Translations under genes and position numbers: made by a program
From: Methanotrichaceae archaeon
Lineage (GTDB): Archaea > Halobacteriota > Methanosarcinia > Methanotrichales > Methanotrichaceae
Direction of reading: 5' to 3'
Length of the DNA: 64,000 nt
Assembly (NCBI GenBank): GCA_963803145.1
Contig: CAWDLW010000008.1
Coordinates: 64,001-128,000, forward strand
Shown: positions 43,425-53,440 of the stretch, in pieces
Layout: every line of letters starts with the position of its first letter
How positions within the stretch are numbered: the first letter of the stretch is position 1
The notes under the pieces: model-generated
What the model was told of the DNA's origin: nothing
Seen by the model: the letters and a program-made list of their open reading frames with translations, nothing else
Databases searched by the model: none

Positions 43425-45161
43425 TTAAGAGGTGTCGGCCTTTCTGAGCCTGGCTATATCTCTTCTGCCATTCGCCATGGCCTTATTCCGTTGCTCATCC
43501 TCCGATAGGAGCTTACTTAGCTCATCCTCGCCGGTCTCGCAATCCAGGCGAAGCATATCCATCTGGGCCTTCAGAGACTGGAGCTTGCTCTCAAGCTCTC
43601 TCCTCCTGCGCTCGATTTCCTGCTGATTGGTAATAGCGTCTGCATTCTCCTTTGACTCCTGAGTAATGCGCTCAGTACCCATGAGCAGCCCTCCCTGCGG
43701 GCCAAGGTAGACATCCAGAATCTTCACACCATCATCTGTAATCTGGTACTCTCGTGTCTGGTTCGAGTGCTCCATGCCCCTTGATTTGACTATCGTCATT
43801 CCGCGGTTGCGTTCATTTCCATTATCGAACATGCGCAGCCATAGCCATGTATCCATCAGGGATGAGACGCTCTCGGATGTATGCCCTTTTGCCTCATCCT
43901 CTATCAGGCTGGTGCAGAAAGATGTTATACCCATCATCTTGAGGTAATCTATCAGCCTAGTAAGCATGAACCTGACATCGCCCGAAGTTCCCACGCTCAC
44001 CAGGTTCGAGGTTGGATCGATGACCACTGCATTTGGCTTGATCTCTTCGATCAGTTTGTGCATCCCCAGCAGGTGCATCTCAAGGCCATGGGCCATCGGC
44101 CGTCCGGAAAAGATGTGCAGTAGACCTGCATCCATCCACTTAGTGAGATTGATTCCGATCGAACTCATGTTGCGGCATATCTGGCTTGGCGACTCCTCGA
44201 AGGCAAAGTAAATGCATCGCTCGCCGCGGCTGCATGCAGCATCTACAAAATGGGCCGCGAAGCTGCTCTTGCCCGTTCCGGCAGTTCCCGTGAGAAGGAT
44301 GCTGCTTCCGCGGAAGAAGCCCTGGCCGCCCATCATCATATCAAGCCGCTCAATGCCTGAAGATATCCTCTCAGCGGAAGCGATATGGTCCAACCCGACA
44401 GATGTAATGGGCAGGACAGAGATGCCATCATCTTCTATCAGGAAAGGATACTCGTTTGTGCCATGCGAGGAGCCGCGGTACTTGATTATGCGCATCCTTC
44501 GGGTGGCAATCTGGTTCTCCATGCGGTTATCGAGGACTATAACACAGTCTGCGACGTACTCCTCAAGGCCATACCTGGTTAAAGTTTTCTCGCCCTTCTC
44601 ACCAGTAACAATGGCTGTTACTCCCTTGCTCTTCAGCCAGCGGAATAACCTTTGAAGCTCTGAGCGCAGAATAGCAGTGTTATGGAATCCTGAAAAGAGT
44701 ACCTCGATTGTATCTAAGACAACACGTTTTGCTCCAATGGCATCGATAGCGCTTCCTAACCGAATGAACAGCCCTTCTAGATCATAATCGCCCGTCTCCT
44801 CGATCTCACTTGCATCGATGTAGATGTAGTCGATGAGGATCTTGTTCATCTCCTGAAGCCTCTTGAGGTCAAAGCCCAATGAGCTGAAGTTTTTTGTAAG
44901 TTCATCAGGGGTTTCCTCGAAGGCCACGAAAACTCCAGGCTCATCGTACTGTATGGCGCCCTGAGCGAGAAACTGCATTGAGAGTAGTGTCTTTCCAGAT
45001 CCCGCGCTGCCGCAAACAAGTGTTGGGCGACCTTTTGGAAGACCGCCATCTGTGATCTCATCCAGGCCCTTTATGCCAGTTGGCGACTTTTCTAACCAAT
45101 TTGCATTAGAACTAATATCATTAACAGCTACGTCTGTTTCTGTCATGGACTTTACTTCCAT
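43425..45161 (-). CDS. kaiC: Double-domain KaiC ATPase with C-terminal coiled coil
   Basis: Walker A GSAGSGKT and GTAGTGKS, FEE twice, KYRGS/KSRGM, VSSLMDTW. Confidence 0.96.
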   Translation of the reverse strand: MEVKSMTETDVAVNDISSNANWLEKSPTGIKGLDEITDGGLPKGRPTLVCGSAGSGKTLLSMQFLAQGAIQYDEPGVFVAFEETPDELTKNFSSLGFDLKRLQEMNKILIDYIYIDASEIEETGDYDLEGLFIRLGSAIDAIGAKRVVLDTIEVLFSGFHNTAILRSELQRLFRWLKSKGVTAIVTGEKGEKTLTRYGLEEYVADCVIVLDNRMENQIATRRMRIIKYRGSSHGTNEYPFLIEDDGISVLPITSVGLDHIASAERISSGIERLDMMMGGQGFFRGSSILLTGTAGTGKSSFAAHFVDAACSRGERCIYFAFEESPSQICRNMSSIGINLTKWMDAGLLHIFSGRPMAHGLEMHLLGMHKLIEEIKPNAVVIDPTSNLVSVGTSGDVRFMLTRLIDYLKMMGITSFCTSLIEDEAKGHTSESVSSLMDTWLWLRMFDNGNERNRGMTIVKSRGMEHSNQTREYQITDDGVKILDVYLGPQGGLLMGTERITQESKENADAITNQQEIERRRRELESKLQSLKAQMDMLRLDCETGEDELSKLLSEDEQRNKAMANGRRDIARLRKADTS

Positions 45162-45409
45162 ATAAAGCAGCAGATGCTTAGGGCGTTTTTCACAATTAGC
45201 AACCTAAGCCCTGCATCTAACTTTCGCAATTGCGTAGACGGCGTTCGTGCTTATAAATCCGATCGTATTTATATAATATTTATCCATGAGAATTATAATG
45301 CAATCTCTCAACCACGCAGAGGATATCATCAGAAGCCAGAATGATCTGAATTTTGCATCACACTACATGGCCCGTGAAATCTAAGCATTCAAATTCCTGC
45401 CTATTTCAA

Positions 45410-45535
45410 AGGTGTGAAAATATTCTTCAAAACATTTTTCTGGACCCTCAATCCTCACAGGCTTGGCGATGTAATCATTCAGCCTGCCTCAAGACACTTT
45501 TCCTGGTCACCATCAAGGGGATAGGCTGTGATAGA
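45410..45535 (-). pseudogene. Degenerate fragment of a receiver-domain C-terminus
   Basis: Minus strand ITAYPLDGDQEKCLEAG / NDYIAKPVRIE, homologous to the ends of both kinases. Confidence 0.75.
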
Positions 45536-48521
45536 TTTTGCTAATAGTAGATACCGCCAAATACCATTTTTATTTCCTAAATTTTATTCTTGGGGGGGTA
45601 CTTGCTAAGAGTATCTGCCAGCTCATTTATCTTCACCGGTTTGCTGATATAATCATCCATACCAGCAGCAAGGCACTTTTCCCGATCACTATCAAGGGCA
45701 TAGGTCGTGATGGCTATAACTTTTGGTCCATTATTCGGCCAGAGCTGACGGATCTGTCTGGTGGCCTCGAAGCCATTCATCTCAGGCATTTTGATATCCA
45801 TCAACACGACATCGTATGGCTGGCGTTCCAGAGCTTGAATTACCTCTACTCCGGTGGCTGCCAGGTCTGCCCTATAGCCTAGCTTCCCAAGCATCCTCAG
45901 GGTCACCTTCTGGCTTGATACGTTATCCTCTGCCAGAAGGATTCGAAGAGGGCTAATGCTCGTCGGATTCGATGCTGAAGCCTGGTATTTGGCCTGGATG
46001 GGTCGTCCATCCAATACACTCGTGAGGGTATCGTATAGCTGTGCAGGCTTGATCGGCTTCTCCAGGCTGGCAGCAGAGAGATCCGGAGGAATATGCTGTC
46101 CTACGGATGTGAGCATAATTATGGGCAAATCCCTTTGGTTTCTGTGAATCGTCTCTGCCAGGGTTATACCATCCATATCAGGCATACCCACGTCCAGAAT
46201 GGCAACGTCTGGAATGATTCCCTTTTGAACCCGGTCTAGGACCTCGTAGCCGGATGAAGCGATGATAGGAATCATGCCCCAGGATTGAGTCTGACGGGCC
46301 AGGATTCTTCTGATGGTCTTGTTATCATCCACAATGAGAACGCTTCTTTTAGCTAGCTCGGGCTGAGGTCCAGCAGGAACTTTCCCATTTCCTGATTCGG
46401 AGTCAGCCATAGCCTTGATCGTGAAATGGAATGTCGAGCCCTTGCCCTCCTCGCTCTCAACCCAGATTCTGCCGCCCATAAGTTCAACAAGTTTTTTACT
46501 GATAGCAAGACCAAGCCCTGTGCCCTCGTTAAGCCTTGAGGTCGAGGTGTTGACCTGGCTGAATGGCTGGAAGAGCTTTCTCATCTGGTTTTGGGGTATG
46601 CCTATGCCGGTATCTTGAACAGCGAAATGGATCTCATGGCCTTCCTCATCGGGCTTCGAAGAGACAGAAATAACAACATCACCTTTATCAGTATATTTAA
46701 CAGCGTTACTGAGCAGATTAGCCAGTACCTGACGGAGCCTCCCTGAATCGGTGATGATTGTTTCAGGGACGTTGCTATCGATCGTATAGGCCAGATCGAG
46801 CCCCTTCTCAGCCGCCTTTGTAGACACCAGATCTAGGGACTCCTCAATGCGCTGACGAAGGTCGTTGGGATGAATCTCAAGCTCTATCTTCTCCTTCTCC
46901 ATCTTCGAGAAGTCAAGAATATCGTTGATCAGGGCCAGGAGTGCCTCGCCGTTCATCCTCATGGTATCAAGCCAGTCCTTGTACTCAGGCGACAAAGGCT
47001 CCTCAAGCAGAATGCTTGTGAAACCGATTATCGAGTTCATGGGCGTCCTAAGCTCATGGGACATGTTGGCCAGGAATGCTGCCTTTGCCCTGATTGCCTC
47101 TTCGGCGGCATCTTTCGCTGCCATAAGCTCCTCATTGGCTTTTAGTAGATCGGCAGTCCTTTCATCGACCCGAAGCTCTAACTCATCATGCGCTTTTTGC
47201 AGCGCCTCCTCGGCCTGCTTGCGCTCGGTGATGTCGCGGTTAACAGCAACGAAGCCGACTACCTTTCCCCCGGTATCACGTATAAGCATCGTCTTCGATT
47301 CAAAAGTGACGCGTTTTCCCGACCTGGTCGTATGCTCAATCTCAGCCGTGACCGATTCCGTTTCTTCCAGAGTCTTGGCCAATCGGGACCTCATTTCAGG
47401 ATCGAACTTCGAGCCGGTCACTTCGACGATGTTTCTTCCCAGGACTTCCTCCTCCTTCCACCCGTACACCCTTTCCGCCTCATGGTTCCAGGATGTAAGC
47501 CGCAATTGCTCGTCAGTAGAATAGATTACCTCCGTGATATTCGTGAGCAGATTGGCCTGGTACGTCAGGCGTTCTTCCGCTCGCTTGCGCTCTGTAATGT
47601 CAACGATCGAATTGAAGAGCACTTTCTCGCCATGTACAGTGCTGAGTTGTGAGGATAATATGCCAATCCACTCTTCACCATTCTTTCTCACAAAGGTGTA
47701 CTCTCGATTGTAGATCAAACCGTTTCGCTCAAGCTCAAGCGCCCCTTGAGTGCGTTCTTCTACATGCTTCCAGAGGTTGATTTCAAGTGTAGTTTTTCCG
47801 ATTGCTTCTTCACGGGAGAAACCCATCAACTCGCACCATCGATCGTTAACTTCCAGAATCAATCCGTCATAAAGACGTGTGATAGACATCGCTGCGGTGT
47901 TCCCATAGAATGCTTTCGAGAACTTTTCTTCCGAAAGGCGCAGCGCCTCCTCGGCCCGCTTTCGAACAGTCATTTCTTTCTCAAGATCCGCTTTGGAAGC
48001 GGTGACTGTTTTCAAATTGGCCGTCATCTGGTTGAAGGCCTTAGCTAGCTCACCGATCTCATCGCCCTTTCTTTCGACGATTGAATAATCGAGGTTGCCG
48101 GAGCCGATAACTCCTGCTCCTGCCTGAAGATTCGATATTGATGTTAGCGTGCGCCGATAAATCAGGAGGTAATCGGTAAGGAGAAATGCTATGAAGGCTC
48201 CAATAAGTGCAAAGATGAAAAGGTTATTTTGCTGCTTAGTCTGATCTGCCTGCTCGCCCAGCATCTGGGATAGCCGTGAAGCATCAAAGACCATTCCCTG
48301 GGTTTGGACTCCAATTCTGCTGCCCGAAACCTGAACAAATGTCATGTCAGCCGTATTGCTCTGAGCATTCGGCGTGCTCTCAGTTCTCGATACTATATCG
48401 CCAAATACTTCCTTCAATCGCTGCTGGCTGTTCTTGATATTATTGACAAGCACCTGCTGCTCAGGCTGATCAACAGTCAGATTCGAGATATCGGCTGAGA
48501 TCGAAGAATATAGTTAATCTC

Positions 48522-49049
48522 CTAGCTTTTTGCACTAAGAAATCGCTCCACCCAGGACTTTGAATATCCATCCTTTTTGGAATAAAATATTTCTAAAGCG
48601 CAATCTTGGCTAGCTATAATAGCTTCATCGAAATCAGTGTATTTGGCGATCTCTCTTTTGAAATCCTTCCAACCGAATTCTATAGGATTCAAATCTGGTG
48701 AATAGGGGATATTATAAATTAAGTGAATATCGATTTCCTCAGCTAGTTTTCTAAATTTCTTGGCCAAATGAATTCTAGCATTATCTAAAAGTATACAAAT
48801 TGGCCTCATAATATTATTATTTCTTATATTTTGAGCAAATGCCATCAACGCTTCCTTCTTAGAGGAGTTGGAAACCATAACCTCATCATTGCCATTTAAT
48901 GCTATAAATCCAAAAATAGTTCTTGATCTAACCTTTCCAGGTTTATAATTTATTAAATGAGTGTTTAAGACTCTACGTGTATTAGGGCGCTGTTGTAAAG
49001 AGCTTTCATCAAGAAATCCTATAACAGGATCAGTAACAGTGGTCAGCAC
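48522..49049 (-). CDS. IS630 transposase OrfB (DDE)
   Basis: FLDES, LDNARIH, PYSPDLNPIE.GW. Confidence 0.9.
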   Translation of the reverse strand: MLTTVTDPVIGFLDESSLQQRPNTRRVLNTHLINYKPGKVRSRTIFGFIALNGNDEVMVSNSSKKEALMAFAQNIRNNNIMRPICILLDNARIHLAKKFRKLAEEIDIHLIYNIPYSPDLNPIEFGWKDFKREIAKYTDFDEAIIASQDCALEIFYSKKDGYSKSWVERFLSAKS

Positions 49050-49527
49050 TGATTTTATCCTTTTTTAAAAAACTTTCTGCATCTGCAGGCCTCTTTTCAT
49101 TTCTGATGTATGGTTTCCCATACTTAACTTTTTTCACTACTCTTAAAATTCGCCAGCCATATTTATATGAAAAATCTATACCTCTTGTATCCCTTACATA
49201 TTTTAATACGTCTTTTATCGTCATTCCTTTGTCTTCAATTTCTTTAATAACTCTATCCCATTCATCAAGAGACATCTTTGGCTTTTTGCCATTTCTATTC
49301 TTTGGTGTCAATCCATTATAGCCTTGATTATTCCATCTGCTTAACCAATATTTTATTGTCCTCTCGCCCCTTTTTAAAATATCAGCTACCTCATATACGT
49401 TTTTCCCTTCATATAAATGTATTATTGCCAATAACCGTTCCTTAATCCTTAGATCAGTCTCTTTTTTATATAATTTATCAAGGTCTATCTTTGATATATG
49501 CCTAATTATTATAGGTTTTCTACCCAT
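49030..49527 (-). CDS. IS630 transposase OrfA (HTH)
   Basis: ERLLAI..G..EVA.IL..TI.YW..RWN..G..GL; overlaps OrfB near a T6A6 run. Confidence 0.88.
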   Translation of the reverse strand: MGRKPIIIRHISKIDLDKLYKKETDLRIKERLLAIIHLYEGKNVYEVADILKRGERTIKYWLSRWNNQGYNGLTPKNRNGKKPKMSLDEWDRVIKEIEDKGMTIKDVLKYVRDTRGIDFSYKYGWRILRVVKKVKYGKPYIRNEKRPADAESFLKKDKISADHCY

Positions 49528-49827
49528 GCCTATGTATTTTCACGCATTAATTATTAAATGTATCTATAGGGCAATAAGCTCAATGATTAACTATATTTGG
49601 ACTCCCACCGATCGGTCTGCTGGCTTTCATGGTACAGAAGATAATTATTCGATAGATAGTTGAGCTCACCGACTTCTAGTTCGATATTTCTGGCGAGCTC
49701 TTCCTGCTTATTCAGCCGTTCTACCTGTTGATTTGTGGTAATTACCGAGGCTGAGATAATCGCCAGGGCTACGCCGAAGAAAACCATGCTGATGATCAAC
49801 TGAGTCCTGATTTTCATGATCCTCAAT

Positions 49828-50838
49828 TCACCAAATATTCACCGCATCTGGCTTAACTTCCTCAAGGCCATTTGTGTAGATGTAATCCCTGAAATCGGGC
49901 ACATTCTTCCCTGTGGTGAGGTTGTTACTGATCATCCATCGAGCCTCGTCTTCCATTGCAGCGATAAGCGACTGGTCGAGCGTGAGTGAATATTGATGTT
50001 CAGGCCAGATAGCCGCCATATATGCATCAGTATAATTAAACTTTTTTTGTATGATCGCCTTTGCTTGCGCCGGATGATTGATAGTATAATCTTGTGCCAG
50101 AGCAAGCGATTTCAGGAGCCTGTTGATCTGCTCAGGATGATTGGCTGACCAGTCTCCCCTGCAAGTTATGACCCAATTACTGGGCTGCCTACTTTGAACG
50201 GGCCATGATACAAGATTACTACCTAAACGCTTCTGAATCTGATCGATATATAACGTGCTAACGAGCGCATCTACGCTGCCATTTGCAATTGCGTCCACGT
50301 ATTGTGGGGGAGTCAAACCCACAAGGATTACATCGTGTATGCTCATGCCGTGCAGATCGAGGAACCGACCAAGGAAGAACTCTAACATTACACCACGTGT
50401 AACGCCTATTTTTTTACCCTTAAGGTCCGAAACGTTTTCAATTCCCCTATCCTTCCGGCATAAAATTAATGCTGTATCAAACTTATCTATGCTCGCAATC
50501 ATGCTAATATTTTCTTTTTTAAGCGCTTCTCCAACCAAATTGAATTCCGTCGATTCTGAAATATCCGTTTCACCATTTTCCAAACCATGTATTGCTGTAA
50601 TCCCCGAAATATAATCACGAAGGGTCACATTTAGACCGTTCCTGGAAAAATAGCCCAGATCTTCTGCAATATATATAAGTGCGGGATTCTCATTGGGCGT
50701 GTTACCAATTGTGATTAACTCAGGAATCTCTTCACCGCTTTTCTGGGAATTCTGGAGGAACCATATGCTAGCTCCTATCAGCGCTACCATAGCGATGACT
50801 GCCATCACAGCTATATTCTTTTTCATGGTCCTACTCAT
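49828..50838 (-). CDS. SsuA/NMT1(THI5)-like solute-binding protein
   Basis: N-terminal TM, IYIAEDLGYF..NGL.V, DLKGKKIG, G.VDA. Confidence 0.88.
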   Translation of the reverse strand: MSRTMKKNIAVMAVIAMVALIGASIWFLQNSQKSGEEIPELITIGNTPNENPALIYIAEDLGYFSRNGLNVTLRDYISGITAIHGLENGETDISESTEFNLVGEALKKENISMIASIDKFDTALILCRKDRGIENVSDLKGKKIGVTRGVMLEFFLGRFLDLHGMSIHDVILVGLTPPQYVDAIANGSVDALVSTLYIDQIQKRLGSNLVSWPVQSRQPSNWVITCRGDWSANHPEQINRLLKSLALAQDYTINHPAQAKAIIQKKFNYTDAYMAAIWPEHQYSLTLDQSLIAAMEDEARWMISNNLTTGKNVPDFRDYIYTNGLEEVKPDAVNIW

Positions 50839-50867
50839 TCTCCATCATGATCTCCGTGACTCCCAAT

Positions 50868-51971
50868 TCACCAAATATTCACAGCGTCCGGCTTTACTTC
50901 CTCAAGGCCTTTTGTGTTGATGTAATCTGTAAAATCGGGCACAGTCCTCTCGGTGGTGAGGTTGTTACTGATCATCCATCGCGCCTCGTCCTCCATGGCA
51001 GTAATGAGCGATTGATCCAAAGAAAGCGAAAATCGGTTCTCTGGCCAGATTGCAGCAATATATGTGTCACTAAGGTTGAGCTGTCTTTGCACGATGGCTT
51101 TTGCTTCGGTTGGATGTTGTACAGCATACTCTTCCGCCCGGGCGAGAGATTCCAGGAAACGGTTGACCGTCTCCGGATGCCCTGCTATCCAATCGTCTTG
51201 ACCGACGATAACCTCATACATCGCTTGGCTGCTTTGGACTGGCCAGATAACCGCATTATCGCCCAATCGATTCTCAACTATGTTTACATAAGGCCGTCTG
51301 GTTATTGCAGCATCGATGCTCCCGTTAATGATGGCATCATCGAGTGAATCTCCAGTGATGTTGACGAGGGAAACCTGCTGAATGCTCATGCCGTGCAGAT
51401 CAAAGAATCTTCCTAGATAGAATTCTGTTATTGTCCCCCGAGTGATGCCTATCTTTTTCCCTTTTAAATCTGAAATATTCCTTATGCCCCTGTCTTTGCG
51501 GCCTATGATAGAATGCATAAACGCATTCTTGTCAATGTTTGCGATAGTCTGAATCTTGCTTTTCTCAAATGCCTTTCCGACAACTGGATACTCAGTTGCT
51601 GCTGCCATGTCCACTTCACCGTTGAGCATCCCAGTGATAGCAGCAATGCCGCTATCGTAATCTCGTATGGTTACGTTAAGGCCGTTCTCCGAAAAGAAGT
51701 TTTGCTCTTGGGCGATATAGATTAGCGCAGACGATTCAGTAGGAACGTTGCCAAAAATGATTGATTCATCTTTCACTGGATGGCTGCTTGTTGGCCCAAG
51801 GAAATACCATGCGCCAAATCCCATCAACATTATTGCAGCGACCATGGCTACAGCAGTTCTTTGCATCATTCTACTCCTGGGGTATTTGTAGTTCATAAGG
51901 GCTGACCTGCAAATCGTTGCAGAATTTTGTCTGCTGCTTTGATCGCCTGGAAGCATCCGAAAGACATACAC
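50868..51971 (-). CDS. SsuA/NMT1(THI5)-like solute-binding protein, paralogue (true start probably further in)
   Basis: Same motifs; near-identical C-terminus AMEDEARWMISNNLTT..GLEEVKPDAVNIW. Confidence 0.88.
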   Translation of the reverse strand: MYVFRMLPGDQSSRQNSATICRSALMNYKYPRSRMMQRTAVAMVAAIMLMGFGAWYFLGPTSSHPVKDESIIFGNVPTESSALIYIAQEQNFFSENGLNVTIRDYDSGIAAITGMLNGEVDMAAATEYPVVGKAFEKSKIQTIANIDKNAFMHSIIGRKDRGIRNISDLKGKKIGITRGTITEFYLGRFFDLHGMSIQQVSLVNITGDSLDDAIINGSIDAAITRRPYVNIVENRLGDNAVIWPVQSSQAMYEVIVGQDDWIAGHPETVNRFLESLARAEEYAVQHPTEAKAIVQRQLNLSDTYIAAIWPENRFSLSLDQSLITAMEDEARWMISNNLTTERTVPDFTDYINTKGLEEVKPDAVNIW

Positions 51972-52440
51972 TCAACGAAAACGTTCTGCGCTGCTTCTGT
52001 CGTGCCCCCCCTCCCCCAAGGTAGTTAGCCCTTCCAGACAGATCTATCATAGTCCGAATCTCTCCAGAAGTACCTCTGCGCTATTATCGGGACGGCCCAG
52101 GCCTTTTGCATGAAGAATTTCTTTACAAATCGAAATTCCAGGGATTCTTTGAGATGGATTATTGCGAGGCATGCGTTATTACTCCTGTCGCAGTTCCGAG
52201 CATATTATTCGTAATAGTTCAAGAACTTATTGCAGGTTAGAATATTTTTACATGATCACATGCCACTTCCTAATATCAAGGACTGGTGGCTAGCACTTGC
52301 TCACACTATCTATAGGTAATCTCTCAGTTACGGCTATTTGGCCAGTGCCAAATTAGGAATAGAATTTAGGTGACTCTACAAACGTATTCATACGTTGAAA
52401 TCCTAAAAAAAGTCATACAAAAAACTAAGAATAATTTGCG

Positions 52441-53235
52441 CTAAATACCGTCCAGAAGCGGAGCAATCTCTTTTGGATCTATCCTTGATGTCGAGTCCAA
52501 TGTTAGCGGAGTAATGGATATCTTCTTTTCCTGATAGACCGCCTGCACATCGGTCCCCTCGGCATCTGAGTATATCAGCTCGCCATCTATCCAATAGTAT
52601 GGCCTGCCTCTTGGATCAAACCTCTCCTGAACAGATGTCTTGAAGATCTTGCGGGCAAGCCTTGTGATTACAATGTCTGTGTCCTCTGTTGCACCATCAG
52701 GCACGTTTAGGTTCAGCACATCCACGCCTTTAGGCAGGCCGTGCTCCAGCACTTTAGAGGCTAATCTTCTGACTAAATTTATCGCAACATCGAAATTGTA
52801 TTTTGTTCCATGGTGAGTATCGAACTTGTCACCCTGATCAACCACCTGGATGGATGCAGCTATCGCAGGAATGCCGTAGCTTGCAGCCTCGAGTGCAGCA
52901 CCGATTGTCCCGCTGGTAGTTACAGTATCGGTGCTGATGTTCTCTCCAACGTTGATGCCAGATACCACAAGATCCGGCAGGCACTTCATTATGGCGAAGA
53001 TGCCCATGATGACAGAATCAGTCGGAGTTCCCGTGACCGCATAGGCCCTTTGGCTATCCAGGTTCACAGAAGCAAAGCGCAAAGGCTCGAAGACGGATAC
53101 GGATCTTCCAACACCACTCTTCTGCCCTGTTGGTGCTACAACGGTTACTTCGCCCAGCCCCTCAACGCTTCTAGCCACAGCCCTGAGGCCTGAAGCATAA
53201 ATGCCGTCATCATTTGTGACAAGTATCCTGTACAT
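52441..53235 (-). CDS. surE: 5'/3'-nucleotidase SurE
   Basis: ILVTNDDG, GTPTD, VVSGINVGEN, SGTIGAALE, DPRGRPYYW. Confidence 0.96.
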   Translation of the reverse strand: MYRILVTNDDGIYASGLRAVARSVEGLGEVTVVAPTGQKSGVGRSVSVFEPLRFASVNLDSQRAYAVTGTPTDSVIMGIFAIMKCLPDLVVSGINVGENISTDTVTTSGTIGAALEAASYGIPAIAASIQVVDQGDKFDTHHGTKYNFDVAINLVRRLASKVLEHGLPKGVDVLNLNVPDGATEDTDIVITRLARKIFKTSVQERFDPRGRPYYWIDGELIYSDAEGTDVQAVYQEKKISITPLTLDSTSRIDPKEIAPLLDGI

Positions 53236-53440
53236 CTGAAGGATCTACTTAGGTCCAAGATATAAAAATCGATCTCATGAAGATGACGGCTTTTTCCAAG
53301 TATTAGCATTCGTATTAGTATTATAGTGTTTTACCCAAAGAATTACACTTAACAAACCACAAGAGCATGCTATGCATGTCGATAATAAGTTTTAGATTTT
53401 CAGTAAAACACTATAATAGCGGCCTTCCGGCCGCCATTTT

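Larger units (their letters stand above)
48511..49593 (-). mobile_element. IS630-family insertion sequence, 1083 bp
   Basis: TIR TAGTTAATC/GATTAACTA; TA duplication at 48509-48510 and 49594-49595. Confidence 0.93.
45577..49817 (-). pseudogene. Membrane hybrid histidine kinase (TM-sensor-TM-HAMP-PAS-PAS-HisKA-HATPase-REC-REC) split by IS630
   Basis: Removing 48511-49593 and one TA restores ..WESKY|SSISADISNLTVDQPEQQVLVNN..; downstream 958 aa remain open. Confidence 0.9.
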
